Assembly (NCBI GenBank): GCA_030390025.1
Contig: CM059431.1
Coordinates: forward strand, 144,834,001-144,898,000
Source of the DNA: Squalus acanthias
Taxonomy: Eukaryota
DNA: 64,000 bases
Direction of reading: 5' to 3'
Below are positions 51,141 through 61,983 of this stretch, in pieces (position 1 is the stretch's first letter; each line of letters starts with the position of its first letter). The notes under the pieces were generated by a model that was not told where the DNA came from, made no database searches, and worked only from the letters and a program-made list of their open reading frames with translations. The position numbers and the translations under genes are program-made.

Positions 51141-54100
51141 ATAGAAACATAGAAACATAGAAAAATAGGAGCAGAAGTAGGCCATTCGTCACTTCGAGCC
51201 TGCTCCGACATTCAATATGATCATGGCTGATCCTCCATCTCAATACCTTATTGCCGCTCTCGCCCCATATCCCTTGATGCCTTTTGTTTCTAGAAATCTA
51301 TCTCCTTCTTAAATATATTCAGTGACTTGGCCTCCAAAGTCATCTGTGATAGACAATTCCATAGGTTCACCACCCTCTTACTGATAGAAATTTCTCCTCA
51401 TCTCTGTTCTAAATGTCCTACCCCGTATCCTGAGACTATGAACCCTCGTTTTAAACTTCCCAGCCAGGGGAAACATCCACCTTGCATGCAGTCTGTCTAG
51501 CCCGGTCAGAATTTTATACGTTTCAATGAGATCCCCCTCTCATTCTTCTAAACTCTAGTGAATACAGGCCTAGTCGATCCAATCTCTCCTCATACGACAG
51601 TCCATCCGATGAATCAATCTGGTGAACGTTCGCTGCACTCCATGTATGGCAAGTATATCCTTTCTTAGGTAAGGAGACCAAAACTGCACGCAGTACTCCA
51701 GGTGTGGTCTCACTGTAGTAAAACATCCTTGCTCCTGTCTCAAATCCTCTTGAATGAAAGCCAACATACCATTTGCCTTCCTAACTGTTTGCTGCACCTG
51801 TATGTTTGCTTTCAGTGACTGGTGTACAAGGACAACCAGGTCTCTTTGTACATCAACATTTACCAATCTATCAACATTTAAATAATACCCTGCCTTTCTG
51901 TTTTTCCTACCGAAGTGGATAACTTCACATTTATCCACGTTATACTGTATCTGCCATGTATTTGCCACTCACTGATCCCTGCGGTACCCACTAGTCACCA
52001 TCTGCCACCCCGAAAAAGACCCATTTATTCCAACTCTCTGTTTCCTGTCTGTTAACTAATTTGCAATCCATGCCAGTATATTAGCCCCAATCCCATGTTC
52101 TTTAATTTTGCACACTAACCTCTTATGCGGGATTTTTTCAAAGGCCTTCTGAAAATCCAAATACAGCACATCCACTGGTTTTCCCTTATCTATTCTACCA
52201 GTTACATACTCAAAAAACTCCAGTTGGTTTGTCAAACACGATTTCCCTTTCATAAATCCATGCTGACTTTGTGGACTCCCGTTGAAAATTTCTAAGTGTC
52301 CTGTTATCAAATTCTTTAGAATAGACTCTAGCATTTTCCCTACTACTGACGTTAAGCTAACCAGTCTGCAGCTCCCTGTTTTCTCCCTCCCTCCTTTTTT
52401 AAATAGTGGTGTTACATTTGCCACTCTCCAATCTGCAGCAACTGTTCCATAATCTATAGAATTTTGGAAGATGACAACTAATGCATCAACTGTTTCCATG
52501 GCTGCGTCTTTTAGTACTCTGTAATGCAATTTATCAGGCCCTGGGAATTTATCAGATTTCAGTCCCATTAATTTCTCCAGCACTATTTTTTTACTAATAC
52601 GAATTTCCTTTAATTCCTCCTTCTAACTAGTCCCTTAGTTCCTTAGATTTTTCTGGGAAGTTATTTGGGTCCTCTACCGTGAAGACGGAGCTAAAGTATT
52701 TGTTTAATTGCTCAGCCATTTCCTTGTTCCCCATTATAAATTCTCCCATTTCTGACTGTAAGAGACCTACATTTGTCTTTACTAATCTTTTTCATTTTAC
52801 ATACTTACAGAAGCGTTTACATTCCGCTTTTATGTGCCTCGTCAGTTTACGAAAATTACCTTTTTCCCCTCTTAATCAATCTCTTGGCCTGTTTTTGCTG
52901 AACTCTAAACTGCTCCCAATCCTCAGGCTTGCTACTTTTTCAGGCAACTTTATATGACTCCTCTTTGTATCTAATACTATCCTTAAAATTTTTGTTAGCA
53001 ATGGTTGAGCAGCTTTTCCTTTAGTGTCTTTGCGCCAGAAAGGAATGTATATCTGTTGCAATTCAAACATTCGTTCCTTAAAAGTTAGACATTGTCTATC
53101 CACCGTCATGCCTTTTAATGAAGCATCCCAATCTATTATAGCCAACTCCCTCCTCTTACCTTCGTGGTTTCCTTTGTTTTGATTTAGGATCCTAGTTTCG
53201 GATTGGACTACTTGAATTTCGATCTTAATGAAGAATTCTTACATGATATGGTCACTCTTCCCTAAAGGACCCCGCAAAACAAGATTATTAATTAACCCCT
53301 TCTCATTGCAGAATGCCCAATCTTTGATAGTGTGTTCCCTGGTTGGGTCCTCAACGTATTGGTCTAAAAAAACATCTCGTACAGACTACAGGAATTCATC
53401 CTCCACAGTATTACTGCTAATTTGCTTTGGCCATTCTATATGTAGATTAAAGACACCCATGATTACTGTAGTACACTTGTTACATGCATTTCTAATTTCC
53501 TGTTTGATGTCCTCCCCTACATTAAAGCTACTGTTTCGAGGCCTATATACAACTCCCACCAATGTGTTCTGCCCCGTAGTGCTTCTTAGCTCCACACAGA
53601 CTTATTCGACATCTTGATTTTCTGAGCCAATATCCTTTCTCACGATTGCTCTGCTATCACCCTTTACGAACAATGCCACTGCATCTCTTTTACCTTTTTG
53701 TCTATCCTTCCTAAATATGGAATATCCTTGGATATTCAGCTCCGAGCCTTGGTCACTCAGCAGCCATGTCTCAGTAATTGCAATTAAATCGCATCCGTTT
53801 TCATCTATTTGTGCTGTTAATTCGTCTACCTTATTACGAATGCTTCGTGCATTCAGATACAGTGCCTTTAGATTTGTCTTTTTAATATTTTTAGACATCT
53901 TAACTTTTTTTGTACTATGGCCCTATTTGTCTTAAGAATTTTTCTTACCCGGATCCTATTTGTTAGTGCCCTCTTTTGTTTATACGCTCTGTCCCTTCCT
54001 GACTCAATCTGGTTGTCCTTAGCCCAATCCATTTGCTGCACTGCTTCCTTGTCTTTTCTCTTTAGCATTCTAGATTTCTCACCACCGTGACCCCACCCCC

Positions 54101-55450
54101 CCCCCCCTTATTTTGTTTAAAGCCCTAACTACCTCCCTAGTTATTCGATTCGCTAGAACTCTGGTCCCAGCATGGTTCTTGTGTAGTCCGTTCCAATGGA
54201 ACAGCTCTCTCTTTCACCATTACTGGTGCCAGTGCCCCACGAATCGAAACCCACTTCTCCCACACCAATGTTTGAGCCACGCATTCATCTCCCTGATCCT
54301 ATTGACCCTATGCCAATTTGCTCGCGGCTCAGGTAATAACCCAGAGATTATTACCTTTTAGGTTCTGCTTTTTAATTTAGTTCCAGCTGCTCAAACTCTC
54401 TCAGCAGAACCTTTATCTTAATCCTACCTATGTCGTTGGTACCTACGTGGACCACGACAACTGGTTCCTCGCCCTCCCATTGCAAGTTCTTGTCCAGCCC
54501 GGGGGAGATGTCTTTTACCCTGGCACCAGGTAGGCAACATAGCCTTCGGGTCTCACGCTCCTGGCTGCAGAGAACAGTGTCTATCCCCCTAACTATAGTG
54601 TCGCCTACAATAACCACCTTCATTTTTACTTTCCCTACTTGAACGGCTTCCTGTAACACGGTGCAGTGGTCAGTTTGCTTTCCTCCTCGCAGTCCCCGCA
54701 CTTGTCCACAAGGGTTACAAGAACCTCGAATCTATTGGACAAGTGCAGGGGCTGAGGCTCCTGCAATCCTACCTCCTGGATCCCCGTACTTGCCTCACTC
54801 ACAGTCACAACCTCCTGTCCATGACCTCGTGTCAATTCTAAAGTATTTAGTCTAAGGGGTGTAGCTGCCTCCTGGAGAAAAAGGTCCAGGTAACTTTCTC
54901 CCTCCCTGATGTCTCGCGATGTCTGCAGCTTGGACTCCAGCTCCTCAATTCGGAGCCGAAGTTCCTCGAGCCGCAGATACTTACCGCAGGTGTAGTCACC
55001 CTGGACAAAAGTGACCACAAGCTCCCACATATTGCAGCAGCAACACATATTTCCTGTTCTCCCATTATTTTATTGAGTTATTAATTTATTAGTTTAGTGG
55101 GAATCAAAGTATTTGCCTCGTTTCATTTATTAAATTAATTAAAGTAAATTTAGTTTTTAAAATTTTGTTATATGTTATATGCTAACTTAAAAGTTAGCCC
55201 CCAGTCACGACCAATCACTTACCTGATTTACCTGTGACGTCACACTGCAGTTTTCTCTTGTTGTTGCAGGTCTGCTGCTGCTTTTACCCCGCTCTCGGGC
55301 CTCGGTCTGCTCCCGCTCAGGTCAGACGCCGCTCTGCGGGAGAGGTTAGGAAAAGCAAGGAAAAGCAGCACCTCCTTCCCCCACTTCACCGAACTCCCAC
55401 ACTTACCAAACTCCAAATGTGTTCACTTTGTTTCAAGTTGCACTCCATGA
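51140..55450 (-). mobile_element. Near full-length but decayed CR1-clade LINE (third subfamily), with a deletion of the RT core
   Basis: (TTTCTATG)n tail at 51140-51165, RT pieces 51570-51968 and 52056-52583, EN pieces 53386-53898, and ORF1 pieces 54372-54701 (VGDTIVRG, HVGTND) and 54635-55065 (CxxC..CGK). The 5' UTR extends to about 55450-55515. Confidence 0.92.
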
Positions 55451-55517
55451 CAAACTGCACACCAACCTCCCTTTTTTATACTACTCAGATTTATGAGTCA
55501 GCTCTCTGGCAGTTCTT

Positions 55518-55965
55518 AAACTTACACTAGACGAAACCGTGCTCCTCCACTACTAGTGATAACCTACACTTACATTAGAGTTGCCCGTGCTCCGCCTGTA
55601 CTTTTTTTATCCTACACCTACAGTAGACATGACTGTGCTCCTCCGGTACTCGTGATAGCCTATATTTACACCAGAGGTGAGCACACTCCTGTGGTACTAG
55701 AGGTTCGCTAAACATACAAAAGAGTGGAACATGCTCCTCCACCACTAGTGGTACTTCTACACTTTATCTTGGGGTTGTCAGTGCTTCTCCGGTACTAGTG
55801 TTACCCTACACTTACAGTATAGGTGAACGTGCTACTCTAGTAATATTGGTATCCTACACTTACAATAGAACTGACCGTGCTCCTCCAATATTAGTGGCAA
55901 CCTATACTTACACTAGAGTTAAACATCCTCCTCCGGTACCAGAAGTACCACTACACTTACACTGT
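55518..55965. repeat. Degenerate ~48-bp tandem repeat, right part (~9 units)
   Basis: Recurring CTACACTTACA.TAGAG..GACCGTGCTCCTCC.GTACTAGTG motif. Confidence 0.8.
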
Positions 55966-55974
55966 GGTTCAGAG

Positions 55975-56523
55975 GCTTGGCTCTGATTCTCATATTATAA
56001 AAAGGAAATAGAGGCACTGAAAGAGGTGAAGAAGATATTTAAAGGTTTTATACCAGAAATGAGAGATTATACCTATCAGCAAAGTTTGAACAATCCACGA
56101 CACTTTTCTCTAGAAAAGAGAGTGCTGACGGGTGACCCGATAGAAGTCTTAAATTTATGAATGGGTTTTATAGGGTAAATGAAGAGAAGACATTCCCACT
56201 TGTGAGGAGAATTAAACTAGTGGCCATGAGTATAAGATAGGCACTAATACATCCAACAGGGAGTCCAGGAGAAACTTATTCAACAAGAAACTGGTTAGAA
56301 TGTGGAATTCGCTACTACAAGGATTAGTTGTGGCGAGTGACATCGATACATTGAAGGGGAAGCTAGGCAAGTACATAAGAAGGAATGGACTAGAAGGATA
56401 TGCTGATACGTTTAGGTGAGTGAGGTGGGAGGAGGCTCGCGTGGAGCATAAACACCGACATGGACCAGTTGTACCGTATGTTCTGTTTCTGTGCTGTACA
56501 TTCTATATAAATCTATATAAATC
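55975..56523 (+). mobile_element. Old CR1-clade 3' fragment
   Basis: Degenerate ORF2 C-terminus (GTTAGAATGTGGAATTCGCTAC) and a 3' UTR GGAGCATAAACACC...CTGTTTCTGTGCTGTACATTCTAT with a short tandem tail. Confidence 0.8.
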
Positions 56524-56959
56524 ATAAACCATCTATGGAACAGGCTCCCTGGAAAGACCGTGGAAGAAGTTAGAAACAACTAACTCAACTGAAAATTAGA
56601 GAGGTTTCTTTCAGAAAGTAACGTTTTGGGAAACGGTATCTGAATAATTTGAGACATGACCGAAGTGTGATAGCTTCGGATGAACTCATGACTTTGAACC
56701 CATGGTCCACACAGCGCTGTATCACTGGGGATTTACTCTTGTCTTTACTGGGTCTGTTGTAGACTAATTGATGGAGATCGATTGCGATGATTAGCAAGCA
56801 ACTGTATTATGTAACATGCGACTAGCAGGATAGTAGTAGGTGAACTAAATGAACTATGGTCATTTTTCCTCTAGCAGTTACTATGTTTCTTTGTTCTTTG
56901 TCCCCTTGTATTTATCATCATTATGCTGGCCTTCAGCCACATAATCACCAGTGAATGGA

Positions 56960-58015
56960 GTAGATTCCGATTTTCAAAAAGCATTCGATAAGTTGCCACA
57001 GTAAAGGTTATTACACAAAATTTGGAGTCATGGGACTGGTGATAAGAAATTAGCATGTGCATGAGGATTGGTTAACGGGCAGAAAACAGTGAGTAGTAAT
57101 ATACAGGTAATTTCGAGTTAGCAGGCTGTAACTAGTGGGGTACCGCAAGCATCAGTGCTTGGGCCTCAGCTACTTACAATCTATATTAATGACTTTGATG
57201 AAGGGACTGAGTGGAATGTATCCAAGTTTGTTGACGAAACAAAGCTGGGTGGAAAAATAAGTTGTGAGGAGGACACAAAGAGGTTGCAAAGGTATACAGA
57301 CAGTTTCAATGACTGAGCCAGAGCATGGCAGATGGAATCTAACGTGGTGAAATGTAAAGTTATCCACTTAGGAAGGAAACATAGAAAAGCAGAATATTTT
57401 TAAATGGTGAGAGATTGGGAAACATTGGTGCTCAGAGGGACATGGGTACCTTGTACAGGAATCATAGAAAGTTAACATGCAAGTAAGGAAATACATTAGG
57501 ACAGCAAATGTTATGTTAGCCTTTACTACAAAATAATTAGAGGATAAGAGTAAAGACGTCTTACTGCAATAATATACGGCCTTGGTGAGACCACACCTGG
57601 AGTACTGTTTACAGTTTTGGTCTTATTACGTAAGGGAGGATGTATTTGCCTCAGATGGAGTGTCACGGGGGCTCACTATACTGGGTCCTGGTATAGGGGT
57701 ATTGTTGTATGAGGAGAGATTGAGTAGACTAGGCCTATATTCCCTAGAATTTAGAAGAATGAGAAGTTTTCACAGAAACGTTGAAAATTCTTTCGGGTCT
57801 TGACAGGATAGATGCTGGGAGGATGTTCCCCTGGCTGTGGAGTCAGGAACTAGGGATCTCAGTCTCACAATAAGAGGTCGGCGATTTATGACTGAGATGA
57901 GGAGACATTTTTTCACTGAAACGGTTGTGAATCTTTGGAAGTCTCTACCACAGAGGGCTGTCGATGCTCAGTCGTTGATTATATTCAAGACAGAGATCGA
58001 TAGATTTTTGGATAC
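56960..58015 (+). mobile_element. Old CR1-clade RT fragment
   Basis: Degenerate DFQKAFD, GVPQ.SVLGP, KFVDETKL, VRPHLEYC and VVNLWKSLP motifs with many stops. Confidence 0.88.
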
Positions 58016-58189
58016 TTTTAGAAAGGCGAGGAGTTCCACTGAGAATCCCATCAGTAAAGGATTTGTTCAAGGTGAGAGTCTAACAAGTTATTGGGTGCCG
58101 TTTAATTTCTGGTAAAAAGCTAGGTATTTTTGAGTCAATTTGACTGGTGATTTACTGGTGTATAAAGCTCGCCCATTCCTCATCTGCGA

Positions 58190-58600
58190 GTGTGTGATGT
58201 TTATATGTGCAGAGATTTCGGTCTTGTATTCATACCATGCTGTCCGTGAGATGCTGTGCTTCACTCTGCGTGATGAACGATATATGCAGTGAGATTTGCA
58301 CTGTATCTAATCCCCTATCAACCTGACCTGAGTGTACTTGATTGAACAGTTTCGAGGTTCCTTTACTATGTATCTGCCCCGTGCTGTTCCTCACCTGTGT
58401 GTTTTTCTGAGACAATGTCGAGGGAGCATCATTCTGTATACAGCCCGTGCTGAAATTGCCCTGAGAGTGTATGCTGGGATTTTTAGAGTGTACTTTATTC
58501 TGCGTTTTACCCAGAATGTGCCTAACCTGGGTATGTTTGATGGGAAAGTACTGACTGAGCTTTATTCTGTACCTAACTCGAGTTATACCTGACCTGGGAG
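58190..58600. repeat. Degenerate ~66-bp tandem repeat, left part
   Basis: Recurring GAGCTTTACTCTGTATCTAACCCGTGCTGTACCTGACCTGGGAGTGTTTGATGGGACAGTGTAGAG-like unit. Confidence 0.75.
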
Positions 58601-58619
58601 CACCTACTATGCAGCACGA

Positions 58620-58880
58620 CTTTATGATGAAGTGAGAGGGAGGATTGATGAAGGGAATGCAATGGATGTTGTCTACATGGATTTTGAAAAGGCTTTTGAC
58701 ATCACATAGAAGGCTGGTTAATAAAATTTAGGCTCATGGAATAGGTGGGTTAGTGGCAGTTGGATAATGAATTGACTTAAGGACAGCAAACAGCGAGTTC
58801 TGGTAAATGGCTATTTTTCAGACTGGTGGATGTTAGACATTGATGTTCCCCAAGGGTCAGTGCTGGGGCCAATGTTTGTT

Positions 58881-58916
<36 letters not shown>

Positions 58917-59856
58917 CCTGGATATTGGAATACAGAGTAGAATTTCTAAATTTGCCAATGAAACCAAACTTGGGGGTGTGGCAAAAAGCGAGGATGATAC
59001 CAATCGACTGCAACAGGACATAGAAAGGCTAGCAGAATGGGAAGACAAGTGAGGTGATGCATTTTGGCAGAAGGAATAGGGAGAGTCAATATACACTTAA
59101 TGACACGGTTTCAAAGAGTGTGCACGTACAGAGGGACCTGAGAGTTAATGTGCATATGTCCCTAAAGGTGGCGGGACATATTGAGAGAGGGGTTAGCAAA
59201 GCATATGGGATCTTGGGCTTCATAAATAGAGGTATTGAGTACAAAATTAGAAAAGTTATGTTGAACCTTTATAAAGTGCTGGTTAGGCCACAACTGTAGT
59301 ATTGCGTCCAGTTCTGGTCACCACACATTAGGAAGGGTGTGAAGTTTCTTGAGACGGTGCAGAGGAGATTTACCAGAATGGTTCCGAGGATGGAGGATCT
59401 TAGCTACAAGGACAGTTTGGAGAAGCTGGATTTGTTTTCATTAGAGCAAAGGAGGTTGAGGGGTGATTTGATAGAGGCGTACAAGATTATGATAGACGTG
59501 TAAAAGATTCTGACGGGTTTGGATAGGCTAGACGGGGACAGGCTGTTCCCACTAATTGATGGTACAAGGACTAGGAAACACAGATTTAGGTTTAGGGCAA
59601 CAGATACAGGGGTGATGTGAGGAAAAAAGTGTTTATACAGCGGATGGTGAGGATATGGAACTCGCTGCCGACGGAAGTGGTGGAAGCGGAGACTCTCAAT
59701 GTTTTGAAGAGGAGACAGGATAGGCATTTGAGGGAAATGAACTTGCAGGGCTACGGGAATAGTGCGGGGGAATGGGACTGACTGGATTGCTCTACAGAGC
59801 GCCGGCACGGTCTCGATGGGCCGAATGGCCTCCTTCGGTGTCGTTATGACTCTATA
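58620..59856 (+). mobile_element. CR1-clade LINE, 3' part (RT and 3' UTR), inserted in the ~66-bp array
   Basis: Degenerate DV.YMDF.KAFD, KFANETKL and VRPQL motifs. The 3' end is GATGGGCCGAATGGCCTCCTTC...TATGACTCTAT. Confidence 0.9.
58883..58914. repeat. (AT)16 microsatellite inside CR1 RT sequence
   Basis: Direct reading of the sequence. Confidence 0.97.
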
Positions 59857-59899
59857 CGTGAGGTGGCGTGCAACATTGGTCGTGTCAGGTAAGCTGTAC

Positions 59900-60550
59900 A
59901 TTGCTTTGGCCACAAGCTGTACCTGAGTTGTCTGTACTTGCGAACGACTATACAGTGAGATTTATACTGTAATTAACCCCGTCTACTTGTAATTCGACTT
60001 TTTAACGGGACAGTGTAGAGGGAGCTATTCTCCGTAACTAACCCAAGCTGTATTGCCGGAGTTGTGTTGATGGGACAGTGACCAGAGAGCTTTACTTTTA
60101 TCTAATCCGTACTGTACCTTTCATGTGAGAGTTTTTTCGAACAGCGTCGAGGGAGATTTATTCTGTATCTGACTCGGGCTTTTCCTGACCTGGAGTGTTT
60201 TATGGGAATTTCTAAAAGGACCTTGACTCGGTATTTAATACATACTGTACCAAACCTGGATGTGTTTGATTGGACAGTTTAGACAGAGATTTGCTCTGTA
60301 TCTAACCAGTGTAGTAGCTGACCTGGACGGGTTTGGTGGGGCATGTAGAGGGAGCTTTACTCAGTATTACCCCGTGCTGGACCTGACGTGATGGGATATT
60401 TTAAACTGTGCTCTACAGTGTATCTAACCCATGCCGTACATAATTTGGGAGTGATTGATGGGACAGTTTAGATGTAGTTTTACTCTGCATGTATCTCGTG
60501 CCGTACCTGAACTGCGAGTGTTTGATGGGACCGTGTAGACGGTGCTTTAT
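59900..60550. repeat. Degenerate ~66-bp tandem repeat, right part (~9-10 units)
   Basis: GGGACAGT-like anchors recur at about 60008, 60072, 60138, 60204, 60271, 60338 and onward. Confidence 0.85.
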
Positions 60551-61671
60551 CTATTATTGCCCATGATTTCGCCTCCAATTATTAGTCCAGTGGCCTCACA
60601 CATTCATAGCCCTGATGATCCCTACAATGTGCCTCTGACGCCTCTTCCTGTTACATGGAATATACTGGTTTTAGTACACAGAGGTGCTTGTTATATCCTC
60701 ATCCAAGCACCAATACTTCAGACTGCGTTTCAATGCCAAGACAGGAGCGAGACAAACTGTCTGATATTATGCGAGGGAGACTTTGTGGTGTACAAATCAA
60801 AAGATGAACACACGGGCCAGTGAATAGTATGTATTCATATTTGGAGCATGGGAGGACAGTACGTAAAAGGCAATTATACGCATTTTTGCTGCCTGCCTGG
60901 GGTTTCAGTACATGGGAGCGGGGTCGGAGACAGGACTGAATGTACAACAGGTGTCCATCCCTAGTGAGACTGCGCACCACGAGCAGAGCCTGGTCATGTG
61001 ACCCTGTGACACCTCGACGGGGCGGAGCTTCGGCTGCTTTGTGACATTGTTATTGGATGCTGTGTGATTGGCTCCTGGCTCCATTGCGATGTCACCTGGA
61101 GACAGGTTTCCGCCCCTGGTTACGCTCCATCAGTGGAGAGTTACTGCGGGCGAAGCTGGTGTTGCCAGCAGATATTGTTACTGAGTTCAGTCCCTATAAA
61201 TAGGGTCAAGGAAAGAAATTAAAAAGTTAACTATAAAGTGAGTAATTCAAACAAATGTAATTACATTTAAATATCTTCAAATTGAATATATTGATAGTAA
61301 CAAAATTAGTTCCATTGTTTTCGAGCAACAGATTCGAGAATTAAAGAAAACATTTTTTGTTTAAAAAGTTTTTTGCAGTGAGCTTTGTCTCAGAAAGGTG
61401 AACGGTGCAAAATCGAATCAGCCCCACTCGAACTGGGTGTAGATAAATGTTGATAGTTGTAGTGAGATTTACAAACACTTTATGCTTGGAATAGTAAGTG
61501 CAGTGCGAGTGTAGTGCATGTTTACACATCTGTACTCTTATCTGTTTAATCTACTCTGCTTGTAAAGTGCTTTGCATAGTGACTGAAGAAATAAAGGCAG
61601 TGAACCTGAAGCAATAATTATTTTGGTTATTACTCAAGTAAAGAGACAATGTAGTTTTCTTCACCTTCATC

Positions 61672-61977
61672 AATCTCAGCATTGAATACACTCAACGACT
61701 GACCCTCCACAGCCCTCTTGGGTAGAGAATCCCAAAGATTCACCGCCTTCTCTGAGTGATGAAATTCCTCCTCAACTTGATCCTAAATGACCAACCCCTT
61801 ATCCTGAGACTCTGCCCCCTAGTTCTAGACACTCCAGTCAGGGGAAACAACCTCTCAGCATCTACCCTGTCAATCCCCTTCAGAATCCAGTATGTTTCAA
61901 TGAGATCACCTACTCATTCTTCTGAAGTCCAGAGAGTATCGGCCCATTCTCCACAATCTCTCATCATAGGACAGCCC
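61672..61977 (-). mobile_element. CR1-clade ORF2 C-terminal fragment
   Basis: Reverse strand matches the GHSLRI.G / VNLW.SLP.RAV region of the other copies. Confidence 0.8.
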
Positions 61978-61983
61978 TATGAG

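Noticed and set aside
56690..56890. Possible 3' end of another LINE or SINE
   Set aside because: It resembles CR1-type tails (…GGTCATTTTTCCTCTAGCAGTTACTATGTTTC) but is too degenerate to assign without a library search.
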